A stretch of DNA of 42,782 nucleotides from Methyloglobulus sp. (GTDB taxonomy: Bacteria; Pseudomonadota; Gammaproteobacteria; Methylococcales; Methylomonadaceae): the NCBI GenBank assembly GCA_009695535.1, contig SHZQ01000001.1, positions 1-42,782 of the forward strand, written 5' to 3'. Under the pieces are notes generated by a model. That model had not been told where the DNA came from. It saw only the letters and a program-made list of their open reading frames with translations, and searched no databases. This document shows, piece after piece, positions 19,865 to 29,532 of this stretch. Both the position numbers and the translations under genes were made by a program. Position 1 is the stretch's first letter. Every line of letters starts with the position of its first letter.

Positions 19865-20809
19865 TCAAGCCGTTTTTTTCAATCCTCTGGGTAGGGAGAA
19901 TACGACTTTTTCCTCAATGCCTTTGAGTTCGACGGTAGTTTGTCCGCCCCATTCTTTCAATTGATCAATCACTTCTTGCACCAATACTTCGGGTGCAGAT
20001 GCACCCGCTGTCACGCCGACCACTTTGCTGCTGGCAAACCAGTCTTTTTGCATATCTTTGGCGGTGTCGATCAGGTAAGCGGGTTTGCCGAGTTGTTCGG
20101 CTATTTCCCGCAAACGGTTGGAATTAGAGCTATTGGGTGAGCCGACAACCAGGATGGTATCTGCCGTTTTGGAGAGATCATAAACTGCATCTTGGCGGTT
20201 TTGAGTGGCATAGCAAATGTCATCCTTTTTTTGATCTTGGATAGAGGTAAAGCGCTTTCTCAGTGCGTCAACCATCGCTTTGGTGTCAGTCATTGATAAC
20301 GTGGTTTGGGTGACATAAGCCAGATTATCGGGGTTATTGACCTGCAAACTGGCGACATCAGCCGGTGTTTCAACGAGATAAATACCACCACTTGTTGAGC
20401 ATTTGTCGTATTGCCCCATCGTACCTTCGACTTCTGGATGCCCTGCATGACCGATCAAGATTACTTCTCGGTTAGATTTGGCATGTTTAGCGACTTGTAT
20501 ATGTACTTTGGTAACGAGAGGGCAGGTGGCATCAAAAACAGTCAGTTTGCGTTCCACAGCTTCTTTTTGCACTTGCTTGGATACGCCGTGAGCGCTGAAT
20601 ATTAGGTAAGAACCCACCGGCACATCGGAAATATCTTCAATAAAAATAGCCCCTTTTTCTTTCAAGCCGTCAACTACGGTACGGTTATGCACCACTTCAT
20701 GCCGGACATAAATGGGTGCGCCAAAGGTTTCCAGCGCCTGATCGACAATATCAATGGCGCGGTCAACACCGGCACAGAATCCACGAGGGTTAGCGAGTAT
20801 GATTTGCAT
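19865..20809 (-). CDS. ispH: 4-hydroxy-3-methylbut-2-enyl diphosphate reductase
   Basis: [33 protein letters not shown] and TAGASAP. Confidence 0.98.
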   Translation of the reverse strand: MQIILANPRGFCAGVDRAIDIVDQALETFGAPIYVRHEVVHNRTVVDGLKEKGAIFIEDISDVPVGSYLIFSAHGVSKQVQKEAVERKLTVFDATCPLVTKVHIQVAKHAKSNREVILIGHAGHPEVEGTMGQYDKCSTSGGIYLVETPADVASLQVNNPDNLAYVTQTTLSMTDTKAMVDALRKRFTSIQDQKKDDICYATQNRQDAVYDLSKTADTILVVGSPNSSNSNRLREIAEQLGKPAYLIDTAKDMQKDWFASSKVVGVTAGASAPEVLVQEVIDQLKEWGGQTTVELKGIEEKVVFSLPRGLKKTA

Positions 20810-20983
20810 GGCTATATTTCTTAGGTTGAGTTAGTTGTGGCTATTTTAACTCAACATCGTGTTAGATACGATGATTCCGTTAGGAATGTCGCCATTCGTG
20901 TGCCGTACGCGGTGAAGATTTTGGGCAGGTATTGCCCAGCGTCTGTAAGAGTTAGGTGATTTGTCAAAATAACTAGCAAGCGA

Positions 20984-21970
20984 TTACCAGTTAGATAGCT
21001 GTTTAATTTTTTCAAGTATATGTTTTAAATAAGTATATAGGTCTCTGGTTAATTCTCCATTTATTTTTACCCAAGCATGACCTGTCGCTGAAATTTGAAC
21101 AGTTTCTTTACCAATAGAAAATACTGTCAGTTTCAATGCGGTACTTTTTTCTACTTTTGGACAAGCTCCTTTCCCAAAACTTCTGCTACCCAACCAGAGT
21201 ATCTTTTCGCTTTTTGGGGTGGCGCACAGTAGATCCTCAATTGACTGTTGCTTATCAACAGTTGCAATCGTACCAACAGCTTGAGCGGTGATTACGCCGC
21301 TGTTCTCGTTGTTGATATAAAAAGGTTCGAACGGTTTTTCGGGATTCCATTCTGTCAGAGAAAATCGGAAAACTATGTTGGTATTGTTCTCTGGAATTAT
21401 CGTAACTGGAATTCCTGCCAGCTTATAATGCCAATTTCCGATCACTAAGCTATTTTTATCGTCTGAGTCATTGTTTTCTGTGGTTTTTACTTGGGCGATT
21501 TCAATTGCAATAGCCAAGCCGGCAGCCATTAATTTGAAGTCTGGCTGGGTTTTATTGGGGATTAAGTCAGGAGATAAGTAAAGCGCATTTGGCATAACCG
21601 TTGGTTTTCTAAGAGTAATCTTGATAAATGTTTTGCTGTCTTTGTTTTGTATCGTATTAAAGTTGATAGGTTGGGTACTGGTTGGTGTATCTGGAAGAAA
21701 GTGCTTCAGCAGGTTGGCCGTATTATCATCCAGCCTAGCCTTATCGAAATGGACTTGTATGGATTGGTTGGGGTTGCCAATATACTCAAAAAGTGTTTCG
21801 TTATCCCTGCCACTAATAATGCTGCCAAGCCATAATTTTTGGTTGATTGCTGTTTTAAGGGGGGCATGTTGGGCAATTCTCCAGCCTCTGGGATACAGGT
21901 ACAAGCATTAGGAGATAGTAAGTCCAAGCTAGCAGTAAGGGCAGTACGAATTTTTTTAGCCACGGGTTAT
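20984..21970 (-). pseudogene. Hypothetical secreted protein with disrupted 5' end
   Basis: About 290 open codons of unknown function. A signal-peptide-like stretch (WLKKFVLPLLLAWTYYLLMLVPVSQ...ENCPTCPP) lies in another frame and would join at the G6 run at 21859-21864; no intact start found. Confidence 0.5.
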
Positions 21971-22058
21971 TTTTAGCTGATTAATTATTTCAGTTGCTGA
22001 CCATTTGGGTTGATTCTTTTTGCTAGGGGGTATGGCAATCCTATAAAAAATACAGCGA

Positions 22059-23022
22059 TTATTCCTTGACCTCTACCTGTCCAGGTGAGAAAGCCACCAC
22101 CCAGTCTTTGTCGTTGTTGGTATACCAGGCGCGAACCTGTAATTGATGAATCCCTATCGAAGGTCGTTTTTGTGCTGTTTTGTCATCCCAAGTGAAGGCG
22201 GGGTCATCTTTGCCTATCCATTGCCCTGAAGTTTCATCAATCGAACGAAATGGGTCGTACACGTTTTTGTAAGCAATGCCCCGATCGAAATTGTGCCATT
22301 ACGGTTTTCTATGTTACGGAATTCTTCCTGCACTTTGTTAAATGATTTGTGGGAAAAATAGAAATGGTGCGCCAATTCACCTAGTTTTACGTTGATGCTG
22401 TCGGGGCCGAAATTAATTTGGTCAATTCCTATTGAGCCGACTGCTTTAGTGCCGCAGACAAACCCAAAAATTTTGGTAGGTATTAGTGTTGTAATGCCGC
22501 CGCTGTTACTGGTCGCATGTATTTCGATTATTGCCCGGACAGGTTTGTCGCCAAGTGTCTCGGGGAGTTTAAAAATCTTTAGTTGACGGCTAGTGGTCGT
22601 GATGTCTAGCTGATAATTACAAGACTTTCTATTATTAATTTGCACCCTAACCATTGCGAAACCTGGGCGACTTAGCTGGTAATCAATTGCTACAGGCCAT
22701 CCGCCTTGTATATAGCCCGCTATTTTCAGGTCACTGAAGTTGAAATGTTCTGGGACGATAGGGTCGTTGGCATCCCATTGTGCGTCTTTAGGGTTATTTG
22801 CATCTTCGGAGAAGGCTTCGTGAACAGGTAACCGATGAGAGCTGCTCCAACGGCTGCGCCAATGCCGATGCCAACTTGTTCCGGTGTGCTTAGACCGCCA
22901 CCTGGACAATTACCGTCACAAACTCGCGGTCTATTGCTTGCACACCCGGCCAGCATGGAGATGATTAGCCCTAAGGCGATAAGCTTTGAAACCCTAGGGT
23001 AATTACTACTTAAGTTATTCAC
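22059..23022 (-). pseudogene. Hypothetical lipoprotein with glycine-zipper-like helix, two frameshifts
   Basis: SD GAGGAG, GTG start, lipobox LAGC and GIGIGAAVGAALIG. Three overlapping ORFs join near 22810 and near 22265 (T5 run). Confidence 0.65.
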
Positions 23023-23220
23023 TTGCTACTCCTCAAATGTTGGATTAAGCAACTGCTACCACACTAGAGTAAAGCTATCAGAATAGGATTAGAAAAGCTG
23101 TTTAATAGTACTCTTGACAAATAAGATTTATCAAGAATTTAATAAGATGACGGATTGAATGTGATGGAGTTTTCGCAACGAGTAGTTGACCTATTTAGTC
23201 AGCCCTGAAAATTTATACGC

Positions 23221-23658
23221 TCATGCTCTCAAGGTAAACGTAACCGGACCATTATTAACCAGCGAAACCTGCATATCAGCACCAAACTCCCCAAATTCAA
23301 CATGAGGGTAGGCTGCATGGGCTAGTATTTGCAAATGGCTAAATAACTGTAAGCCCTGTTCAGGGGTGGCAGCAGAAGCAAAGCTAGGACGATTGCCTTT
23401 TTCTGTGTTGGCAGCCAAGGTAAATTGCGGAACTAACAGTAAATCGCCTTGAATATCCCTCAAACTCAAATTCATGCGGTCATTCTCATCGGAAAAAATG
23501 CGGTAATTGAGAATTCGTTCCAGCAAGCGTTCCGCAGTTTTGTTGGTATCATCCTTTTCAACAGCAACTAAGGCCAGTATTCCAGTATTAATTTCACCTA
23601 TAATGCGGTGATTGACGGTAACTTTAGCGCAAGTAACGCGTTGGATGATTGAGATCAT
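23221..23658 (-). CDS. dtd: D-aminoacyl-tRNA deacylase
   Basis: IQRV, RIFSD, PQFTL, GNRPSF and FGADMQVSLVNNGPVT. Confidence 0.96.
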   Translation of the reverse strand: MISIIQRVTCAKVTVNHRIIGEINTGILALVAVEKDDTNKTAERLLERILNYRIFSDENDRMNLSLRDIQGDLLLVPQFTLAANTEKGNRPSFASAATPEQGLQLFSHLQILAHAAYPHVEFGEFGADMQVSLVNNGPVTFTLRA

Positions 23659-24196
23659 GGTTTTAGTTGATTATGGATTGCAAAAAAAATACGGCTAAAA
23701 TCAAGATTATAAAAAATCGCAAACAATTCAAATAGCTCCTATTCTAAAGCAATGTTACTGATGCAAAGTGACCAAGCAACATTTGGAACGGCTATCAAAA
23801 TAAAGCCAATAGATTTACAAATACCCACTAAAATCAAACAGTAATAATCATAATTCTAGTCATCTTCCTGAGAGAAATGGGCTTCTAGCTTCTTTGGATA
23901 TAGTAAAAAACAATGAATTTAAGTCACTATAAACGACGTTTGATGAAGTTATTGTTAATGTTGTTGCTGGGTTGCTCCGCTTCAGCTCCAGTAGCCGCAT
24001 AAAGAACAACATTTATCAATCTAATCTCTATCCCGGTCATTAAAGAAGACATCTCATAAATTATTCCAAAGCTAAGAGGTTTACGCTAAATCTGAAAGCA
24101 CCGGATTTTTCATCAAAAAATAAGACTTTTTATCCGAAATATTGAGAACTAAGCTGCTTCACCTTTACCTGATTTATGCTCGCAGCAATCAGTATA

Positions 24197-24225
24197 TTTA
24201 ACTCCAGGATAATATCTGCTATATT
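24197..24225 (+). promoter_or_regulatory. Probable sigma70 promoter for the DUF1097-like gene
   Basis: TTTAAC-17 bp-TATATT with an extended -10 TG. Confidence 0.45.
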
Positions 24226-24246
24226 CCCCCATGCTACGGGTTAAAC

Positions 24247-24336
24247 GGTGCTCGTGATCTAATCGTCAGGTAACATGGAAGCACCTCAGTGTGTACCTGG
24301 CTCAACAATTATAATGAGGTGAGTTTCGGAGAATTC
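24247..24336 (+). ncRNA. Candidate cis-regulatory RNA (riboswitch-like leader, class unrecognised)
   Basis: Stem GGTGCT-CGTG/CATG-GA-AGCACC; loop GTCAGGTA complementary to TACCTGGC (pseudoknot); alternative pairing CACCTCA/TGAGGTG; hairpin over the SD. Confidence 0.45.
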
Positions 24337-24338
24337 GC

Positions 24339-24860
24339 GTGGATAAACTAACAGCACTTTCTTTAAGCATTGGCGGTATCGCTGGTGTGGCAACATTTTT
24401 AGCCGTAGGTCCTGCCGCTGGCATCTTCTTTATTTGGGCGGCAACTATCGCTTGGGCGGCTTATTTCTTGCTGGGCGCTAACCAGGAAGCGGTTGTCAAT
24501 AACATTACCTGCGGTATTTTTGGTGTGTTCATGGCGTGGGCAACAGCGATTATGTTGACTGAAATTTCACCAACAACCATGTTAGGCTTCCCGTTTATGG
24601 CGGCATTTACCGTGTGTGCTGTTGTCGTGGTGATGTGTTTGGCTGCTAATATTCCCCAGCTTGCGACGATTCCTTGCAGTGTTTTGGGTTATTCTTCAAC
24701 CTTCGCCTATTTGTTACAAACTCCTGATAAATTAAATAAAGATGTGTTGCTGGGCTTTTCTATGAGCAATCCTTTATTGGTGATTTCCATTTCTATTGTT
24801 GTGGGTACTTTTTGCGGTGTTTGGTCAGCACAACTTAGCGGTAAATTGACGACCAAGTAA
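24339..24860 (+). CDS. DUF1097-like integral membrane protein
   Basis: Very hydrophobic 173 aa with WAATIAWAAYF, GIFG and IPCSVLGYSSTFA; GTG start. Confidence 0.75.
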   Translation: MDKLTALSLSIGGIAGVATFLAVGPAAGIFFIWAATIAWAAYFLLGANQEAVVNNITCGIFGVFMAWATAIMLTEISPTTMLGFPFMAAFTVCAVVVVMCLAANIPQLATIPCSVLGYSSTFAYLLQTPDKLNKDVLLGFSMSNPLLVISISIVVGTFCGVWSAQLSGKLTTK

Positions 24861-24882
24861 TGCTTTAGCGCTAACAGCTTAC

Positions 24883-24918
24883 AAAGACGGTTTTCGGTAA
24901 CACGAAGCCGTCTTTTTT
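24883..24918 (+). terminator. Rho-independent terminator
   Basis: AAAGACGGTTTTCG-N6-CGAAGCCGTCTTT followed by a T-tract, 23 nt after the stop. Confidence 0.8.
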
Positions 24919-24954
24919 GTTTACCTTACCCATCAATGCACAAGGTTACGTAAG

Positions 24955-25218
24955 TTAGCGTTGCTGCATCCAACGAAAATACGTCTTACCATCATCACAC
25001 ACCCAGCTTGAGCGTTGTACGCCGTATTCCGTTTTACGTAACACGCAATGATTTTGCTCTTTGAACTCATTCCAATTGCTGTCATCTGGATTAACGCTGA
25101 AATACAAGTTGCTTAATATAATAATAGCCAAGGCGAACCCGCCGTAAAGTACAAAATCCAACGGCTTTTTGGGCATATAACGCCGGATTAATGGTGTTAT
25201 CTGGTCTGTGTTCATCAC
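24955..25218 (-). CDS. Small single-pass membrane protein, hypothetical
   Basis: SD AGGAGG; one TM helix; C-terminal WNEFKEQNHC...WVCDDGKTY with a Cys pair. Confidence 0.7.
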   Translation of the reverse strand: MMNTDQITPLIRRYMPKKPLDFVLYGGFALAIIILSNLYFSVNPDDSNWNEFKEQNHCVLRKTEYGVQRSSWVCDDGKTYFRWMQQR

Positions 25219-25355
25219 ATCCTCCTACAGAAATCTGGCTTAACTATACGCTTAATAACAGCTCAAACAAGGGTTATCGCTGGCTATATGATCTATTGTT
25301 AGATGGTTTTTCTGGCGCACACACCCCGTGTTTTGCAGTGCCACTACCGTAGACA

Positions 25356-25384
25356 TTGACAAGCTAAGACGGTACTGTTAATTT
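25356..25384 (+). promoter_or_regulatory. sigma70 promoter of hrcA
   Basis: TTGACA-17 bp-TAATTT immediately upstream of CIRCE. Confidence 0.75.
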
Positions 25385-25390
25385 CTATAT

Positions 25391-25417
25391 TTAGCACTCG
25401 CAAAGGAAGAGTGCTAG
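25391..25417 (+). promoter_or_regulatory. CIRCE operator (HrcA binding site)
   Basis: TTAGCACTC-N9-GAGTGCTAG versus consensus TTAGCACTC-N9-GAGTGCTAA. Confidence 0.95.
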
Positions 25418-25434
25418 TTATTTTGGCGTAGTAG

Positions 25435-26493
25435 ATGGCACACACTCATATTTTAAACGAACGATCCCTGCAATTATTGAAAACACTGGTGGAACGCTAC
25501 ATCAGCGATGGTCAGCCCGTGGGTTCGCGGGTGTTATCCAAAGGTTCAGAATTAAATCTGAGTCCTGCAACCATCCGCAATGTCATGGCTGACTTAGAAG
25601 ACATGGGGCTGGTGCATTCTCCGCACACATCGGCTGGACGGATTCCTACCGTCAGCGGTTATCGCATTTTTGTAGACACCTTATTAACTTTCAAGCCGTT
25701 GGAATCAAAAGACTTATTTCGCTTGCACGAAGGTTTGTCTGCCAAGGAAGATAACAGTGACATAATTGGGGCGGCCTCTAGGTTGCTCGCCGAATTAACC
25801 CAAATGGCAGGTATCGTCACCTTACCCAGGCGGGAGACCGTCTATCTACGCCATATCGAGTTTTTGCCTTTATCCAATACTCGTGTGCTGGTCATTTTTG
25901 TTACGAACGAGCAAGAAGTCCATAATAAAATCATCCAGACCGATAAGAAATTTTCTGCTTCTGAGTTGCAACAGGCCGCAAATTTTATCAACTCAATCTA
26001 TGCGGGCCGCAGCTTGCAAGCGGTGCGCGAAGCGGTGTTAAAAGAACTAAAGGAAGACCAACAACGCATGAACAAAGGCATGATGGATGCCATAAAAATT
26101 GCCCAGTTAGCTTTGGAAACAACTGATAAAAAAGAAGATTATGTCCTCGCTGGCGAGACTAACCTAATGGGTTTTTCAGAGTTGGCTGGCAGGGATAACC
26201 TGAAAAAACTGTTTGAAGCATTCAGCCAAAAGCAATCCGTGCTGCATTTGCTAGATCACTGTATGAAAGCCGAAGGTGTGCAGATATTTATCGGTGAAGA
26301 GTCTGGTTATCAAGCATTTGATCAGTGCAGCTTGGTGACATCTTCTTATTCCATTAGCGACGAAGTGGTTGGTGTATTAGGTGTCATCGGCCCTACCCGC
26401 ATGGCGTACGAAAAAATCATCCCATTTGTCGATATTACCGCAAAATTGTTGGGTGCAGCCTTGAATCCAAAAACTGCGACCCCATCATCATAG
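25435..26493 (+). CDS. hrcA: Heat-inducible transcription repressor
   Basis: PVGSR, SPATIRNVMADLE, PHTSAGRIPT and GVIGPTRMAY. Confidence 0.98.
   Translation: MAHTHILNERSLQLLKTLVERYISDGQPVGSRVLSKGSELNLSPATIRNVMADLEDMGLVHSPHTSAGRIPTVSGYRIFVDTLLTFKPLESKDLFRLHEGLSAKEDNSDIIGAASRLLAELTQMAGIVTLPRRETVYLRHIEFLPLSNTRVLVIFVTNEQEVHNKIIQTDKKFSASELQQAANFINSIYAGRSLQAVREAVLKELKEDQQRMNKGMMDAIKIAQLALETTDKKEDYVLAGETNLMGFSELAGRDNLKKLFEAFSQKQSVLHLLDHCMKAEGVQIFIGEESGYQAFDQCSLVTSSYSISDEVVGVLGVIGPTRMAYEKIIPFVDITAKLLGAALNPKTATPSS
26460..26485 (+). promoter_or_regulatory. sigma32 promoter of grpE, inside the hrcA 3' end
   Basis: CTTGAA-14 bp-CCCCAT. Confidence 0.8.
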
Positions 26494-26525
26494 GACTATT
26501 ATTTTTCATTTAAGGCATCAAAAAA

Positions 26526-27176
26526 ATGAGTACCGACCAGGAGCAAGCAGAAACACCACTTGAAACTAAAGAAAACGAGGAAATCTTAGCTGAAGTCTTA
26601 TCCGATGAAGGTTTGGCAGAAGAAGAACTCTTACTGAATGAGCCGCCATCGCAAGAAACACTCATCGCAGAATTGCAGCAAGAACTGGCTGAGGCCGAGC
26701 AAAAAGCCCAGGAAAATTGGGATAAAGCCGTCAGGACGATGGCGGAAATGGAAAATCTGAGAAAACGCACCCAAAAAGACCTGGAAGATACCCACAAATA
26801 CGCGCTCAATAGCTTTGCCAAAGAATTATTGTCAGTATTAGATAGCCTTGAGTTAGGTTTACAGGCGGCAATCGGCGAAAGTAAAGAGGTCAAAAAATTC
26901 CGTGAAGGCAGTGAATTGACTATCAAGCAATTTGAAACCGTTTTTGCAAAATTCAACGTCATGACGGTAAATCCAGTGGGTGAATCTTTCAATGCCGAGC
27001 AGCACCAGGCAGTTTTAATGCAAGAAGTGGAAGGTGCAACACCGAATACAGTAGTAAATGTATTCCAAAAAGGCTACACACTAAATGGACGCTTATTACG
27101 TCCTGCAATGGTAGTCGTGGCAAAAGCACCAGAAAAATCGGCAAATAAAACGTTAGAAGATAACGAACAGGCTTGA
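26526..27176 (+). CDS. grpE: Nucleotide exchange factor GrpE
   Basis: AEMENLRKR and QKGYTLNGRLLRPAMVVV. Confidence 0.97.
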   Translation: MSTDQEQAETPLETKENEEILAEVLSDEGLAEEELLLNEPPSQETLIAELQQELAEAEQKAQENWDKAVRTMAEMENLRKRTQKDLEDTHKYALNSFAKELLSVLDSLELGLQAAIGESKEVKKFREGSELTIKQFETVFAKFNVMTVNPVGESFNAEQHQAVLMQEVEGATPNTVVNVFQKGYTLNGRLLRPAMVVVAKAPEKSANKTLEDNEQA

Positions 27177-27199
27177 ATAAGCTAAAACAGCCCTCATAT
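27172..27199 (+). promoter_or_regulatory. sigma32 promoter of dnaK
   Basis: CTTGAA-14 bp-CCTCATAT. Confidence 0.7.
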
Positions 27200-27247
27200 C
27201 GGTTTTAACATTTACTTTACTTAACAAATTCAAGTCTGGAGCATTCA

Positions 27248-29170
27248 ATGGCTAAAATTATTGGCATAGATTTAGGTACCACCAACTCGTGTGTTGCGGT
27301 GTTGGAAAATGGCGTGGCGAAAGTCATCGAAAACAGCGAAGGTGCGCGTACCACGCCTTCCATCGTCGCTTTTAGTAGTGATGATGAAGTGTTGGTTGGG
27401 CAATCAGCCAAACGACAATCCGTCACTAACCCCAAGAACACTTTATTTGCAATCAAACGATTGATCGGTCGCCGCTTTAAAGATGATGCCGTGCAAAAAG
27501 ACATCAAAATGGTGCCTTACAACATCGTAGAAGCAGGCAACGGCGATGCCTGGGTCGAAGTTAACGGCAAAAAAATGGCAGCACCGGAAATTTCAGCCAG
27601 AATTCTGATGAAATTAAAGAAGGATGCCGAAGCGTATTTGGGTGAAGAAGTTACCGAGGCGGTCATTACCGTCCCTGCTTACTTTAACGACTCCCAACGC
27701 CAAGCAACCAAAGATGCAGGTCGTATTGCTGGCTTAGAAGTCAAACGGATTATCAACGAGCCTACTGCTTCTGCTTTGGCGTTCGGTATGGATAAGCCCA
27801 AAGGCGACACCAAAATTGCAGTTTATGACTTAGGTGGTGGTACGTTCGACGTTTCCATCATCGAAATTGCCGAGATTGATGGCGAACATCAGTTTGAAGT
27901 GTTATCAACCAATGGCGATACCTTTTTGGGCGGAGAAGATTTTGACTCGCGTGTCATCGAATATCTTGCCAACGAATTCAAAAAAGATACTGGCGTTGAC
28001 TTGCACAACGATCCATTAGCTTTGCAGCGCTTAAAAGAAGCAGCGGAAAAAGCCAAAATTGAGTTGTCGTCCAGCCAGCAAACCGATGTCAATTTGCCTT
28101 ATATTACCGCTGATGCCTCAGGCCCTAAGCATCTTAATGTTAAATTGACCCGTGCCAAACTGGAATCGTTGGTCGAGGAGCTAATCCTCCGCACTAAAGG
28201 CCCTTGCGAGATGGCTATTAAGGATTCGGGCTTGTCCATATCGGATATTCATGACGTGATTTTGGTCGGCGGTCAAACCCGTATGCCGAAAGTGCAGGAA
28301 ATGGTCAAAAACATTTTCGGCAAAGAGCCACGTAAGGATGTCAATCCAGACGAAGCGGTTGCCTTGGGCGCAGCCATTCAGGCAGGTGTATTGGCGGGTG
28401 ACGTGAAAGATGTGTTGTTACTGGATGTTATCCCCTTGTCGCTCGGTATTGAGACGATGGGCGGCGTGATGACCAAACTCATCGAGAAAAACACCACGAT
28501 TCCAACCAATGCATCGCAAGTGTTTTCTACCGCAGAAAACAACCAAACGGCAGTGACTATCCACGTTTTGCAGGGTGAGCGCGAAATTTCCTCAGCCAAT
28601 AAATCGTTGGGACGTTTTGATTTGGCTGACATACCACCAGCGCCACGCGGGATTCCGCAAGTCGAAGTCTCTTTTGATATTGACGCGAATGGTATATTGA
28701 ACGTATCGGCAAAAGACAAGGCGACGGGCAAGAAGCAATCTATCATAATCAAGGCATCCAGCGGATTGTCAGATGATGAAGTTCAGCGCATGATTAAGGA
28801 TGCGGAAATACATGCTGATGAAGACCGCAAGTTAAAAGATCTGATTTCTGCGCGCAATCAAGCAGATGGCATGATACATGCCACCGAAAAATCTTTGAAA
28901 GATTTGAGTGACCAAATTGCGGCGGATGAAAAATCAGCAATTGAATCAGCAATTGAAGCCTTAAAAGAAGCAGTCAAAGGTGATGATAAAGACGCGATTG
29001 AAGCGAAGACCAATAGCTTGGCTGAGGTTTCCGGCAAACTGGCAGAGCGGGTGTATGCCCAAAAATCGGCTGGTGAAGGCGATGATTCTGGCAGTTCATC
29101 TTCAAAAAAAGCGGATGATGGCGTAGTCGATGCCGAGTTTGAGGAAGTCAAAGAAGACGATAAAAAATAA
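27248..29170 (+). CDS. dnaK: Chaperone DnaK (Hsp70)
   Basis: [25 protein letters not shown] and DAEFEEV. Confidence 0.99.
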   Translation: MAKIIGIDLGTTNSCVAVLENGVAKVIENSEGARTTPSIVAFSSDDEVLVGQSAKRQSVTNPKNTLFAIKRLIGRRFKDDAVQKDIKMVPYNIVEAGNGDAWVEVNGKKMAAPEISARILMKLKKDAEAYLGEEVTEAVITVPAYFNDSQRQATKDAGRIAGLEVKRIINEPTASALAFGMDKPKGDTKIAVYDLGGGTFDVSIIEIAEIDGEHQFEVLSTNGDTFLGGEDFDSRVIEYLANEFKKDTGVDLHNDPLALQRLKEAAEKAKIELSSSQQTDVNLPYITADASGPKHLNVKLTRAKLESLVEELILRTKGPCEMAIKDSGLSISDIHDVILVGGQTRMPKVQEMVKNIFGKEPRKDVNPDEAVALGAAIQAGVLAGDVKDVLLLDVIPLSLGIETMGGVMTKLIEKNTTIPTNASQVFSTAENNQTAVTIHVLQGEREISSANKSLGRFDLADIPPAPRGIPQVEVSFDIDANGILNVSAKDKATGKKQSIIIKASSGLSDDEVQRMIKDAEIHADEDRKLKDLISARNQADGMIHATEKSLKDLSDQIAADEKSAIESAIEALKEAVKGDDKDAIEAKTNSLAEVSGKLAERVYAQKSAGEGDDSGSSSSKKADDGVVDAEFEEVKEDDKK

Positions 29171-29178
29171 GCTGAAAG

Positions 29179-29216
29179 TTATCGCTCCCACGCAAAGCAG
29201 AGCGTGGGAGCGATAA
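29179..29216. terminator. Strong hairpin after dnaK (terminator or REP-like)
   Basis: Perfect 15-bp inverted repeat TTATCGCTCCCACGC-N8-GCGTGGGAGCGATAA. Confidence 0.65.
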
Positions 29217-29532
29217 ATAAATTAGGAAGGTATTTAGGAGTGAGCGACACGGCGAAACTAATCAATTTGTGTTTAACAATGTAACAAACATAGTTGTAAA
29301 TCAAAGTGCAGTTGGTTCTATTTCAACCAATGAGATGAAAAAAGAAAGATGGGTGTTGAGAAAGGTGGCCTATGCTTATTAGCTGCATATGTTTTTGAAA
29401 GTATTCAACGGCTACAATATGCAAATTGATAAAATGGCCTAAATCGGCAGCACTTACCCAATCAGTGTCGCACTTGTTTTAGGAAACCGTCAAGGAAACC
29501 AGGAACCGTCCACGTTGGCGGTTATTTACGTT

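Noticed and set aside
23690-23863. Hydrophobic minus-strand reading upstream of dtd
   Set aside because: It has multiple stops and no recognisable motif, and T-rich DNA gives hydrophobic translations by chance.
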